Part shown: piece by piece, positions 22,890-36,960 of the stretch
Numbering within the stretch: the first letter of the stretch is position 1
Layout: each line of letters begins with the position of its first letter
Source of the DNA: Lama guanicoe
Taxonomy: Eukaryota
Assembly: GCA_013239625.1 (NCBI GenBank)
Contig: MU056050.1
Span: 676,504-740,503 of the forward strand
Length of the DNA stretch: 64,000 bases
Direction: 5' to 3'
The notes under the pieces: model-generated
What the model was told of the DNA's origin: nothing
The model's input: only the letters and a program-made list of their open reading frames with translations
The model's database searches: none
Translations under genes and position numbers: made by a program

Positions 22890-25829
22890 GTTTTTCTGTT
22901 GGTGAGTACAAAGTACCCTTAGACTGCAGTTCTGCCTCTACTTTCTTAACAGTGTGCCTCGGGAAAATCTTACCCTCTCAGTCTCCATTAACTCAACTAT
23001 AAAGTGGAGATAACACTTGATCTTTGTCACACATAGGGTTATTGTAAGTGTCATGAATGGTCCCAGTTTGAGTCTAAGCTGGCATTACTCTACTAATTGA
23101 ACATCTCTGGGCACATCCGGAAGGACTATGAGGCAGATTTGCCAGGAGTCAGTTCTTATAAAGGACTGCAGAGTCTCTTGGAAAAGAACTTGTAAGCAGA
23201 AAGAGACGCAGGCACACGAACTTGCTACAGACGTAGTGCTGGGAAGCACAATAAAAGAAATAGCAGAATCTTGATAATCAAGTCCAAAGCAAAAAGATAG
23301 TTGGAGCACTTCAGTTGAAGCGGCAGACCAGAACAGCCTATATTGGAGTTTTAGGGAAATGTAGGAGATGAAAACCACCTGTGGGAGGGCTAAGCAAAGA
23401 GCTTTGGCAAGAAAAAAAAATGACAGGCACTGGAGGACTGGGTTCCATGGTCCCTGAACCATCAGGAGAGAGGGAGTGTCCATTACCTATTCCTGAACTA
23501 CGGCTTTACCCACTGGTTGGTACGCTACTTTTCCATTTCCTCTTTCATGTGTAGATGCTCATTCAGAGATCTTGATAGAAGTAAAATTTGGTCAAAAGAA
23601 ACTGATAGATGTGTTCAAGTTCCTAAGGTAAATGAGCCTGTGTTAGTCCACTCCTTTCCCAGAGGTTGTGTACAGGGTCCAGTGACAGAATGTGACTGGC
23701 CAATCAGGGCTTGGCTACACTCTGTGGATGAGAAGGTGGTGGTGAGGTCTGGTGTTTTTACATTAGTCTTGTTAGTGTGATGGGCCTGGGAACTTGAGCT
23801 AATCAGCTAGGGGTCCTGAGTGTGGCACATGTAACGTGAACAGGAGCTTCTCTGTGCGAAAGAAATTGGCTATTGCTCTTAGGATAGCTGAGGTACCTGA
23901 GAACTGACTTCTGCTTCAAGGAGTAGGGTGAGTGTGAGCAGGCAGGCAGGCAGGGGCCTGGTCAGGGAGGAGCTTACAGGAAGGTTGACCATACGTCCCA
24001 GATTGTGAGGGATAAACCCAATATGCACCTGTTGTTCTGCCATAATTATTGCCAGCACCCTCTTTTCACTCTCCAAATTCTCCTGGTTTAGATGGTAAAT
24101 TATATAGCAAGGAGCTTGGGGGAGGTTGCTTTGTCCTTTTGGATTCCTAGGCCGTTTTTCAGGCTGGCCATTTAATTGGCAATTACTTCACTGAGGTATC
24201 TGAAGATCTCCTCTACTCCCCTTCTGTACCCTCCTTTTGCCCCATCCCAGGTACTTGGGAAATTCTTTGTTTGTGGCTCTATTATGACCATGGGGATTGT
24301 GTAGCCTGCGTCTGGCTTTTTACCAAGCTGCAGTGGCCCTAATTGTTGATTCATTTTTGTCCTTTTGCTGTTTTTGAATCTGATGACCAGAGGCGCAAAC
24401 AAGAAGGATCACCTTTTTGTGCTGTTAGGGAGTCAGCCTTACACATCATTTATATAATATCTCTAGAGCCAAGGGTTTGTGAAATTCCGTTCTGCCTACT
24501 TGCATCTGTGGTCCTGGACTGAGAGATGGTTAACCTTCACTGCAGCAAATGCTGATAGCAATTTCCCCCAAAACAGTGTGTACCACTGTCCCTGAAGGAA
24601 ACGTAAGAAAATAAAAATAGAAAATAAAAGTTCCTTGGAGATCACCAGGAAAGCCTATTACCTGAACTTTTGCTAATAGAGTCCAGTTAGCTAATGTCAG
24701 GCTTCGGCCCGCTCATGCTCTTCCAGCATAGGGCAGTGAAACCAATAGTCTTATGAAACCTATAGATTTCCTATTCATCTTCATATCTTTCAATTTTTAT
24801 ATCACTGGGGTGGGAAGACAGTTAAGCACAAGAACAATTTTATAGGTTTATCAGGGCACTGATGTCATCTAGGGGTAGCGTACTTCACTTACGTATTATG
24901 TGTGAAAAACAGAATGAGACGCAAATCATAGAGAAATGCGGTTAATGTTTTATGAGTACATAAATCCAGGGCTGTGACTAACACTGGGGCCTCCAATGGA
25001 AGCCTCCAGCCTTATAAGCAGCTCCAAGGATTAATTTTATCATGCAGAGCTTGTGCCAGGAGCTAAAATACATCGACATGCAAATTCAGACCATGGAGCA
25101 TCGTGATCACATTTCCGCATGGAAATTTGTAAATGTGCACTGGTGAAATAACCTCATAAGGGACCTTTGAGCTGTCACTTGCTGGTTGCCCATACAGTAT
25201 GAAGTATCCAGGACAGTAAACTTACTCAAATCAATCCTTAGTGTTTAATTATAAGAGAACTAGTCCTGTAAAATTTAATTGTGATTGACAATCATTATAT
25301 CATATGATTATATAGATTTGTGTCCATATTTTATAGACAAGGAAATTGAGGTTAAACTATGTTAAATAAATTACTCAAGATCATGGTGTCACAAAGCTGT
25401 GGAATTGGGCTTTCTGAGTCCATGTTCTCTTTCTATAATATCACACTCTATATAACAAGAATCCAGTGAAACTCACCCATCTCTTTTGCTCCTGCATACA
25501 CATATGGGCTTCATGGATGGTAACATATACATCCAGCAAGATACAGGGATGAGGATGGTTGTGGGAGGTGGCCCCATGTAATATATGTCATGTTCACTAG
25601 GAAAGAATTTCATTAGAGTTGGAGCTCCTTGTCAACTACACATCAGTGTTAGGGGAAAAAGTTAGGCCCCTGTTTTCCATCTGATGGTCTACTTTGCTAC
25701 AACCACAGTGGATATCTGGCAGCCAAGGCAGAGATGATGACCACCTTTGTGGTGTGAATTAAAGGGACTCGGGAGCCCGGCTTCCCATAGTAGAGGTTTA
25801 TTCTTTATTTTATTTATCTTTACTGAGAG

Positions 25830-26075
25830 ATATTTTTTAACTTTTTATTTGGAGATAAAGATCATGGGAAGTTATAAAAATAGTTGAGTCCGATGTACTG
25901 TTTGCTCAGCTTCCTCTAGAGTTAATATGTTACATAAAGTGCAGTAAATATCAAAACCAGGAATTTGACATTGGTATAATACTGTTAACTAGACTACAAG
26001 CCTAATTCAAATTTCACTAGTTTCTACTTACGTTCCTTTATGTCTGTATGTGTGTGTATAGTTCTATGTAATTTT
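25830..26075 (-). mobile_element. L1MC-type 3' end fragment
   Basis: 'tatcaaaaccaggaatttgacattggtataatact' hallmark. Confidence 0.75.
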
Positions 26076-26139
26076 ATTTCTCCTTTTAGTTTGAGGCTCT
26101 TGTCCCTATTGTAATACAGCCTTCACTACCTTGAACAGA

Positions 26140-26345
26140 AAGAACATGAGCATTGGAACTTGACAAGCTTTAGTATAAATCCTAACTCTGCTATTTTTTA
26201 GCTGTGACTGTGATTTTGGACAAATTATTTCATGTCTCTGGGCCTCAGTTTTCTCCTCTGCGAAATGAGGATAATAGTTTCTAATTCACATGGCTTTTGT
26301 GAGGATTCAGTGGGATAATATATATAAAGTTCCTGATCCAGCAAA
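26140..26345 (+). mobile_element. MIR SINE
   Basis: 'tctctgggcctcagttttctcctctgcgaaatgaggataatag'. Confidence 0.85.
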
Positions 26346-26989
26346 TGTTTCCCTCCCTCATTTCTCCTTCCTTGAAAGAAGTAACATTTAAAGCTGTTCT
26401 CAATTCTTCGTACCTCCAATTGTTTCCTGAGAAGAGTAGGTTTCAATGGGAGGGGGTGAGAAATGGATGAAAGCATTATGAGTAGTGGCACCATTGAAAG
26501 CTTTCAACAACTTAATTTTTCCCGATGCCAATCCTCTTCCAAGTGTTCTGTGGGTTGTTTCTGTATAACATGAATGTTTATAACATTCTTACTACTATAC
26601 TTTTGCTTCTGTCGTAAATTAATATTTAATAAACATCATAGCCATCACTTCATTTCTAAAAGTCTTGTCCAGAAATTCTACTCTTACAACTATTCTTACC
26701 ACAAATTCAGAATCACTGTGACAAGAAGTCCGAGGAATTGATCGTGTAAAAGCCAAACATGTCTACAGATTTGACTATTAAACAAATAGCCATTAAGGAA
26801 TGGATGTGAAGGCTAGCCTGAGTATACGATTAGAGTGTTTGTATTGCTTTTTTTTTGGGTGAAAAGGGTGACTACAAGGATGGAAAGACCTCTAAGACTC
26901 AGAGCCTGATTCTTTTTTTTTTATATCAACAGGGAGGAAGAAAGCTGCTGATTTTTTTTTTAACTTAAGGGTTTATTTCTTTTCCTTTA

Positions 26990-29250
26990 TATATTTTTAA
27001 GTCAGATTTATTAACTTTTTCAAAGAACTCACATTTTGTTTTGTTGATTCTTTCCCATTGTTTTCCTGTTTCCATTGACATCTATATATTCATTTTCTTT
27101 CTTCTGCTTGCATTGGATTTAATTTTTTTTCTAGTCTTATGATCAAGGTCACATCACTGATTTAAGACTTTTCTTTTTTGATTACAGCCATTCAGTGCTA
27201 TATAAATTTTATCCTAAACACTGTATTAGCTGCATTCCACAAATTTTGGTGTGTGTATTTTTATTCTATGAGTTATTTGGAAGTGTTCATTTCCAAATAT
27301 TTGGAGATTTCCATGATATTTTTTGTGTTATTAATTCTACTTCAATACCTTTTCAGTCAGAAAATATACTATGAGTTCAATTTTATTAAAAAAAATTGAG
27401 GATTATTTTTTGACCCAGATTATAGCCTATTTTGATGAATTTTCTGTGTGCACTTTTGTATTTCAGTGGAGTGTCCTATAATTTTAATGAAGTCCAATTA
27501 GCTGATAGTGTTGTTCAGGTCTTCTGTATCCTTAGATATTTTCTATTTGTCCATTTGTGTCTGGTTTTTATTTAACTTACCATAATGTTCCCAAGGCTTA
27601 TCTGTGTTGGAGCACATATCAGAATTTCATTCCCTTTTTATTGTTGAATAATATTTCATTGTATGTATATAACACATTTTGTTTATCCATTCATCTGTTG
27701 ATGGGTACTTGTATTGTTTTCACCTTTGGACATTGTGAATACTGTCGCTCTGAACATAGGTGTTTGAAGGTTATCTTTTTGAGTTCCTGTTTTTAATTCT
27801 TTTGGGTGTATACCTAAGAGCAGAATTGCTGGTTCTGTTTAATCATTTGAGAAACTGCCAAACTGTTATGCACCATGGCTACAATATTTTACATTCCCAC
27901 CAGCAACACAGAGGTGTTCAGTCTCTCATATCCTTGTCAATAGTGATATTTCCCTTTTTTTCTTTGATTATAGCTATCCTAATTAGATATAGTGTCTCAT
28001 TGTGGTTTTGAGTTATATTTCCCTAATGGTTAATGATGATGAGTATCTTTTCATGTGCTTATTATTGACCATTTGTATATCTTGTTTGATTAATGTTTGT
28101 TCAAGTCCTTTGCCCATTTTTGAATTGTTTATTTGTTTTTGGTACTGTTGGTGTTGAATTATAGTAATTCTTCATGGTTTCCGGATCTCACCAGATAGAA
28201 GATCTGCAAATGTTGTCTCCTGTTGTGTCAGTTGTTTCACTCTCTTGATAGTGGGTTTTTTGTTTGTGGTGTATGAAAATCAAAGCTTTTAAGGTGCTTT
28301 CTTGTGTGTATCTGTAGCACACTCAATTTTACTGATAAATTATATTTACAGTAGAAAATTACATCTCTATTCTTTTTACTAGATATTGTGGTTATTTCCA
28401 TTTTTCTGTTAATACAATACTGCCATGAAGGTTTTTGAACATACTTCTCTGTATGCCTCTACAAAATTTCTCTGGAGTATATACCTGGAGTGAAATTGTT
28501 AGGTCAAGGGTGAGCAAATTTCCAATTTTTAAAGATGATACCAAATTGTTTTCTAAAGCTGTTCTTGAGGTTTACATTTTCATTGCAGTAGATGAAAGTT
28601 CCTGTTCGTCTGCATCATTGCCAACGTGTGGAACTAACAGACTTCTAAAGTTTTGCTTATTTTGAGGGTTTAAAATAGTATCTCATTGTGGTTTTAATTT
28701 ACATTTCCCTGATTCCTAATGGAGTTAAAAATCTTTTCCTCTGTTTATTCAAAACTTATGTTTCCTCTTCTGTGAAATGCCTATTCATGAGCTTTCATAC
28801 TGATTTGTAGGACTTCTTTGTATTTTCTGGGTATTATTTCTCTATATAAAATGTTTGTATATTCTTCCATTGTTCACTTTCCTTGTGTCTTTTAATGAAC
28901 AGAAATTCTTAATTTTAATATAATCTAATCTTTTATGGTTACTACTTCTTGGGTTGTAAGATATCTTTCCTTGAGCATACAAATATTCTATATATTATTA
29001 TAGTGGAACTGATTTTCTCCTATTGTAACTGATTTCTATGTCTGGTATGCATTAAATTCAGTGTCATCACTTTTTTCCCTGCATATGGACACTCAGTTGT
29101 TCCAGTGCCATTTATTAAAAAGATTTTCTTTCCTTGCTCCTCTGCTGTTCTTCCTTTGTAAAATATCAAGTGATTGAATTTGTCTGTGTATATTTCTAGG
29201 ATCTCTAGTGTTTTCCACTGACCTATATTAATTGTTCCTCTGTCTATTTT
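26990..29250 (-). mobile_element. Stack of old L1M fragments
   Basis: Antisense L1 ORF2 and 3'UTR text ('ttagctgcattccacaaattttgg', 'tttatccattcatctgttgatgg', 'tttacattcccaccagcaa'). L1 sequence resumes at about 37010 after the provirus. Confidence 0.85.
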
Positions 29251-31909
29251 TAATATGTTAATATTAGGAAAATATTTTCCTCTATTCTTCTAAGTTCTTT
29301 GGCTGGTCTAATAATTAAATTAAATTGGTATAAGGCAGATTAACAAGAGGAAAAATGGAAGTTTAATAACATGTATACCTCCTGTATACTTGAGAGAGAC
29401 CCAGGAAAATTGAGTAACTTTCCAAAATGGCCAAAACCATCACTTTAAATATCATCTTCAGCTAAAGATAAAAGATACTGGGGCTGGTGAGTCAGTTATG
29501 GGAGGTTACCAGGAAAAGCATAGTAAATAAAGATACGGTTGTTTTGCAGATGTATCATTTCAGGAGGTTGGTGATGCAACTTGGCCCCCAAAGTGAGGCC
29601 TGTATTGTGCAAGAAATCAGGTAGTTCACAAGAGGACTTTCTGTGTAAACAAAAGAAAAACAAAGGTTAATGGTTGGAGCAAATTATAAACCCATTGTCT
29701 GAGTCCTGAGATCTGCTAGTTGAGAACATTTCTAGATGTCAAGCTTAAAACATCTTCAGATGGAGTGAGGGCAGGCAGTGGCAATCAGACATGTTTTCCC
29801 GATTTGCAGTTTGAATGTCTTGCATGGTGTCATCAGGTGTACTGGTAAACTTTCTGAGTGGCCCACACAGCAAACGGCACAAAGAAGATTGTCTAAATTA
29901 TAAGCTGTTATGATGTCTCTGAAGTTTATATCAAGTCACTTGCATTCAGTTTGCAGAGTTTCAGGAAAAAGGTCAGATTTAGTTCTCAGTGATTCTAAGC
30001 CAGAAAGATGGGGAAAAATTGGAAATGTTTGCTTGGATAGTTCTATCAGACATTGGAGGAAACTAGAAGAACTTAGGATCCAGTTCAGTTAATAGGCAAA
30101 AAAATAAACACTGAAAGGCCAAATATAACTAGAATCTAATATCCACAAAAATGTGTTACTGAAACAGTTTTTCTTTCTAAATCATCCTCATTCTCTTGTA
30201 AGATAGCCAAATTAAGACTGAATTGATTGTGAAATATGTCTAGTTTCATCAAACTTTGCCTGATTATCACATAGGTGCAGCAAGAATAGAGCTTGATCAT
30301 ATGAGCTTTTAAAAAATCTGCTTTGCTGGAACTTTTCATAAGGAATCTCATATTGGACTTTTAAAAGCCTCAAAGCTAGGAAGTTAAAACAAGGAATTGT
30401 CATCAGACTTTGCCTGCCAATACCTGTATATTTGAGTTAATTCCTCTTTTCTTGAGGTTCCTGAACTTGCCAGGAATTGACTTTCCTTACTTACCGGGTA
30501 AGGCTGCTGGGAACCCGGTTAGCAAGGTACCAGGATATTTTTCTGAGGGGCTTTATTGGCCTCATAAAATCAACCTTGTTTACTGAAAACTGGTTATATC
30601 TGAGTCTGTGCATGTCTTTATCAAATATGACATTCTAGTCAAAGCCTTGGCAATATACCCAGTGTTTCCAATTGTGTCCTGTTACAAGAAGAACAGATTC
30701 TTAGTAAACTTAGATAAATAAGTATATTGCCATGAAAATAAAAATACTCAGTCTCTGAATTCTGGGAGGATCAGTGGAGAAAAAGATAAGTGTTTTATCT
30801 TTGGTCACAAAGGTTTATTTTACCAAATTGTTATAAGTCATAGGTAGCTTAAGAGAAAAGAGAAAAACGTTTCCTTAAATCTGAAAAAAACAAACCACTA
30901 AAAAAAAGTCAGCAATATTTGAAACAAGAAGTCATAAAAATTTATAATCGCACTCCTCAGTTTGTTCAGTCCCGTATATTTGTTCTGCTTGTATCCAGTT
31001 TTTCCAGTAGTTCTGGAAATTCCTACCTGGTTCAGTTGTATGATGTTAAAGTTGTCAGAAAGCTGTACTTGTCAAATTCTTTTCCTTGAATCTCTTTGAG
31101 AATGAAATGAAGCCCTTCTACTTTTGTAAAAAGCATCAGAGTAAAACAATGACTCTATATAAATGACAAAAGACTAAAAAGAAAACTTATTGTTAAAGAT
31201 CCGATGAGAGCTCATTATAATGGAATTGACAGGAGATGGTAATTTCTGTAACATATAACATTTTAAGATAATAACCGAAGTTAAGACTGATAACATTATA
31301 CTAGGACATATCAGACTTCTAGGTATTTTGCAATTTTTGAAACTCTTGTATATCCCTACATACACAGCATAAAGAAGCCTTAGTATTGCTTCTTATTTGA
31401 CAATGCTTCCCATGTAATTTAACATATCAAATAAGCCTAAACAGTGTAACAGCTTCCTTTTTATAAGGAGTGAGAACAAATCTATTGAAATGTTCCAGGC
31501 CCCTCTGGGAAATTTCAAAGTTAGAGGTTAAAAAAAAAAAAAGCTTCATTTAGAATTTGATTTTGGAAAGTTTTTCAAATATATCAAAAAGGTTTTAAAA
31601 CACTTGGTCAAAGAGGTCACTGTGAAATGATGCTTTCCAAAATGATAATAGAAGATGTTAAAGACAGAAAATTAAATAGTTGTTTAAAAAAAAAACCTTG
31701 GCTCTTTTAATAGAGATTAAGTTTTCCGAATACAGGAAATTATTTTGACAAAATACAGTATTCTTGTTTTCTTAGGCAGATTATTTTAAAAGGTAAAGGA
31801 AAGCCTTTTGTAATCTCTATCAAGAGCAGACCAATACTGCAAGAAAACTTCATCCTTTTTTACAGAGAAAACCATGTCTTAATTTCGCACTAGCTTATTT
31901 TTGTTGCAT

Positions 31910-33250
31910 CACTTTATTTTTATACATATTTTTAAAAATTAAAAAAACGTTATAGAAATTTTAAAGGTTACTTTTCATTTACAGCTATTACAAAGTATTG
32001 GCTCTATTCCCTGTGTTGTACGGTACATCCTTGAGCCTATCTTACACCCAGTAGTTTGTACTTCCCACTCCCCGACCCTGGTATTGCCCTTTCCTCCTCT
32101 CTCCACTGGTGACACGAGTTTGTTCTCTATGTCTGTGAGTTTGCTCCTTTTTTTTTTTGTTATATTCCCTAGTTTATCGTATTTTTTAGACTCCATGTAT
32201 AAGTGAGACTATAGAATTTGTTTTTTTGTCTTGTTGCACTTAGCATATGCCCTCCAAGCCATCTGTATTGCTGCAAATGGCAAAATGTTGTTCTTTATAT
32301 GGTTGAGTAGTATTCCATTATGTGTATACACCACATCTTCTTTACCCACTCATCTGTTGATGGACACTTAAGTTGCTTTCATAGCTTGGCTGTTGTAAAT
32401 AATACTGCTGTGAATACTGGGGTGCACATATCTTTTCAAATTACTTTTTTTTTTCGGGTATGTACCTAGAAGTGGGATTGCTAGGTCCTATGGTAGTTCT
32501 ATTTTTAGGATTTTTTTTTTCCCAGAGTGGCTGCACCAATTTACATTAGTACGAACAGTGTATGAGGATTCCCTTTTCTTCATATCCTCGTCAACATTTG
32601 TTATTTATGTTTCTTTTGATGATAGCCCTTTTTGATGATAGCCATTCTGACGGGTGTGAAATGATACTCTCCTTGTGGTTTTGATTTGCACTTCCCTGAT
32701 CAGCGATGTTGAGCATCTTTTCATGTGCCTATTGGCCATCTGCATTTCCTCTTTGGAAAAATGTCTGTTCAGGTCTTCTGCCCATTTTTTAATTGGATTG
32801 TTTGCTTTTTTGATATTGAATTCTATAAGCTGTTTGTATATGTTGGATATTAATCCTTTATTGGTTATGTCATTTGCAAATGTTTTCTCCCATTCAGTAA
32901 GCTGTCTTTTCGTTTTCTAGATGGTTTCCTTTGCTGTTCAAAAGCTTTTAATTAGGTCCCATTTGTTTATTTTTTCTTCTATTTCCTTTAGGAGACAGAT
33001 AAAAAAAAAATTCCTGTAATTTATGTCAGTATTCTGCCTGTCTTTTCTTCTAGGAGTTTTGTAGTATCCAGTCTTACATTTGGGTCTTTAATCCATTTTA
33101 AATTTATTTTTGTATATGGTTATTAGAGAATGTTCTAATTTCATTCTTTTACACGTAGCTGTCCAGTTTTCTCAGCACCACTTATTGAAGAGACTATCTT
33201 TTCTCTATCATATATTCTTGCCTCCTTTGTCATAGATTAATTGACCATAA
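31910..33250 (-). mobile_element. Younger 5'-truncated L1 nested in the second provirus
   Basis: Well-preserved antisense L1 3' end ('gttgagcatcttttcatgtgcctattggccatctg', 'cagcaccacttattgaagagact'). Confidence 0.9.
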
Positions 33251-33455
33251 TGAGACAGGAAAAAGGGGCGCAAGAGGATAGCCATGTCCCAGGTCTCAGT
33301 TGAGTCCCTGGGATGTGCCCTGACAAGTGAGGGTCCTTGACTTTGTGCAGGGAAGAATTCAAGAGCAAGCCATAGTTGAGTTAGAGTAGATTTATTCAGA
33401 GAGATAGCTGCTACATGGACAAAAAGCGGGCCGTCTCAGAAGGCAGGGGAGTAAA
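33251..33455 (-). mobile_element. Partial ERV LTR fragment
   Basis: Starts TG. 'gggaagaattcaagagcaagcc...tttattcagagag' resembles an antisense LTR R/U5 with a polyA signal. Confidence 0.55.
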
Positions 33456-36254
33456 TGCACATGGAGATTTATAGTAGCTTCAATCACATATATTAGATTC
33501 TTTAATGCTTAGAAGCCTTAATTTCTAGTGAAAATTAAAAAATTAGTAATTATGAACTTTTACAATAGTAGTATTTCCAATAGTATTCTGTAGATTGGAA
33601 ATCTTATAAATACTTGTTATAATTTCTAGAAACATGTGCTTTCTCATAGAAAATTTCTCCACATGGCACCAAATATGTTTACTAATTTACCCAAATATCT
33701 TTTGTTTTTCTGTAAGAAGAAGCCAAAGTTGATAAACCTGTTTTCAGTAACTAATGTTTCTGTTGTTTTATCTTATTTGGCAATGATCTATGTGTTCAAT
33801 AATTTCCATCATTTAACTTAGCAAAACTAAACTTTCCAGTTACTAAAAATATTTTGGAATCTATTTTTATGTACACACGCTATAAAACATGATTATTGCC
33901 AAAAAATTCATCTGAAAATTCTTATCCGACTTATATCTGTCTATATCACTTGCTCCTAAGAATCATGCCCCCATATCGTTTTCATGGGTAATCTAGTATG
34001 AGGCATTTGACAAAGTCAGCTGTCATCCCAAGCTATTTTTCTTGCAGGCAAATATTGTAAGAGATAACATGCATTTATTTGACTAATAAACCCACGTAGG
34101 ATAAAAGGTGCACATCAACATTGAACATAATGTAGACAACTCTAAAGACACGCCTATTTTAATTAAACCAACAGACTTAAATTAGTGCATTAATGTTCAG
34201 GGACCAGCAAGGAGTACCTTTTGGCTCACCCAGCCCTTGAGACCTTTGTTTTAACCCCATCAATGCCCATTTTATTCATCTGATTTCTTAATAACCATCT
34301 AATTTCCACCCTGCTAATATAGTCTCCTGACTCTCCCCTTTCTGTTTCCTTTGTTTTGCCTCAATTAATATTTGGTTTATTCACCTTACTGCTATATAAC
34401 CATTTAAAAATGTCTACCTTGTTGGTAATAGTGCCTTGACTATCCCCTAGGCCTCTTCCCATTCTCTTGTTAATTAACATGTTTTTATTAACATTTGTAA
34501 GACCCTCGAGGGAAACCTGAGACAGCAAATTTGATAAGGCTTCCTGGACTTCTTTTTTTAAATCTAGTTTTCTAGCAGTAAATTTATGAGGTACCCAGTG
34601 GGAAAGGGAGCCCCTTAATCACAGCATTTACCATGACCTGGGTAGTTAGCTGTGGGTTCTGTATCAACCGAAACATGCTCTTTCACTCTACAGCACTCAA
34701 AACCAGACACAGCCCCCATATCATCACTCTTGATAATCCATTCCAGGAAAGGTTCCTCAAGAAGCTAATGATACTGATTTACAAAATGAAACAACTTCAC
34801 ACTATACCCTCTGGTGTCAATAGTTTCTTGACAATCAGCTGCTGTCCAGGGGTCATGAACTCTTGACAGTGAGGATTCAGGATCTGTCCACAAAGGACAT
34901 TGCATAGAAAGGCCTGAAGCTAGTAGAGCCTGATTATGGAGCCCTGAGAAGTAGGAAGAATTGTAAGGGACAGTAAGCAAAGCATGCTCTAGTACACATC
35001 TCGAGTGCTTCTGCTAAATTCATATCTTGGCTTTCAATATTTACATGAATAGCCTGTATACTCTGGGCCTTGAGATTAGGCTGTAGTGTTCTCTGTAAAT
35101 CTTGTAAAGAGAGGGAAGTCAAACAGGGATTTGGGTGTTTAATGGATTTTCTGGGGAAGTTAGAGGGGTTTTGGGATCTAAAGGAATTTGCTGAGGTGAT
35201 GGAGCTGGATTTTGAGAGGGGGAATTCATGTTGGATGTAGACATTATTTTTTGTTCTAAATCTAATTTCTGTTTGTTTTTTTGGCTTATGGATGTCCCTA
35301 AGGCTAACTGTTATACTTCTTTGTTTTCTTAATTTGTTTTTTTTGTTTGGTACTAATGAGAGAATTTTTTAGGATAAGAGCTCTCTAATAATTTTTTTTT
35401 TCTTTTAAAGACAGCCAATTCAAAGGATTCATCGTCTGGCCATTGATGAATAGGATTTTATATTAATATCAATAAGGACTCAAACCAATAATTCTTTTCA
35501 TGGCTTAACCATGGATGCAAGAGGCAAAGGAGAGTGCAAAAATGCAGCCCTCACAAGATTCAGAAAGTTCACTCCCAGAGTTAGCCAAAGAAATCTAAGA
35601 CTATGTTGTAACAGACAGTAAGAATGGTATAGGGCAAAGGGTACTTCCAGTTTCCCATGAGAATGGAAGACATGTCTAGGTGTAGACCTGCTTATCTGAT
35701 GCTGGGCAGACACCCCTAGAATGGTACTTTTCCAGTACTACTGAGACAGAAAAAGCCATTTATGGACTGAGGGCCCATGTGACAAACTCTCCTGATAGCT
35801 GGCACAGTCAGAGAATGCTGAGATGTCAGTCGCAAGTCCAGGTTGTGACCTGTGCTTCTGATCAACTGGATTATCTGTTCCATAGCCTACTGGATTATTT
35901 GCCAGATGCGCACCAGTACATGCATCCACTAGTTGTTGGAGACCAGTCTGTTATCACTGGTCATAAAGCCAAGCTCTCCGGACATAGACAGAGACAAATG
36001 AAAACAATGACCATCTACAGGAAGAAAGGAATCAGTAGAAAACAAGAGTACTCAACAAACTTTTACCAAAGTTGCTATACCTAAGAAATTCCAAAAATAT
36101 TTTCTCCAGCTAATATAAATTTAGGGGGGCGAGGAAGGGCTCTCAGCACTTTTGCTTCCATCCTACCCTGCAGGCAGAGGGCTTTTTGTCAGAGGTCCCA
36201 TGATTTCTCAGCTGCAGCATCCTTGGAGGGAGCAGAGTCAAGCCAGGGAAGTTT

Positions 36255-36272
36255 ATCCTGCCATCTACCTCA
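36255..36272 (-). other. Primer-binding site, tRNA-Ser(AGA/TGA) type
   Basis: Minus strand TGAGGTAGATGGCAGGAT versus recalled TGGCGTAGTCGGCAGGAT (14/18), 2 nt from the LTR end. Confidence 0.65.
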
Positions 36273-36811
36273 GCTGTTGGGGAGGAAAAATTTTTCCTGT
36301 ACATTTCTAGGTTTTTTGGCTAGTCCAGTAATTGATATAAAACAGATTTATAGGAGAAAAATAAACATGTTTAATAACACATATATATCTTCTGTGTACC
36401 TGGGAGAGACCCAGGAAAACTGAGTAACTCTCCAAAATAGTCAAAGCAATCACCGTAAATACCATCTTTAGCTAAAGACAAAAGAAGATGTTGGGGATGG
36501 GGAGTCAGTTATGGGAGGTTTCCAGGAAAAGTATAGTAAGCAAGGGTTTGGTCATTATGCAGATTTAGGTGATTGCCTTCTCCAGTGGTAAGTTTTCAGA
36601 AATTTATATATCCTCCTCTTCCTGGCACAGGAAGGGAGACACTCTTACAAATGGAGATTTCCTTTATAAATGTAAATAGTTTTTACAAAAGCGTAACTTC
36701 TACTCAATTTCCAGAACTTCTGCCCTAGCTGCAGTTTCTGAAAAATAATCAGCCTAAAATAATCCTTAGCTGGAGAGACATATTTTATGGTGGCATATCT
36801 GATCCCCTACA

Positions 36812-36960
36812 ATTACTTAACATTATATAATTACATATTTATATTAAATAATATTACTATTTTTAGTTAATATATTAATATTTATAGCATTTATTAATAT
36901 ATGTGTTATAATTATATATTATATGTTAATAATATTATATTAATACTACTTATTAGAATT
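36812..36960. repeat. AT-rich low-complexity tract
   Basis: Almost pure A/T. Confidence 0.9.

Larger units (their letters stand above)
29262..36811 (-). mobile_element. Second provirus: MER34-like LTRs with AT-rich, largely non-coding internal region
   Basis: Complete 5' LTR at 36275-36811 (TG...CA) and homologous partial LTR at about 29262-29552 in the same orientation. PBS at 36255-36272. Internal part resembles MER4-group non-autonomous internals. Confidence 0.8.

Noticed and set aside
23085..23483. 132-aa minus-strand ORF
   Set aside because: No recognisable domain or splice context; composition is typical of a chance ORF.
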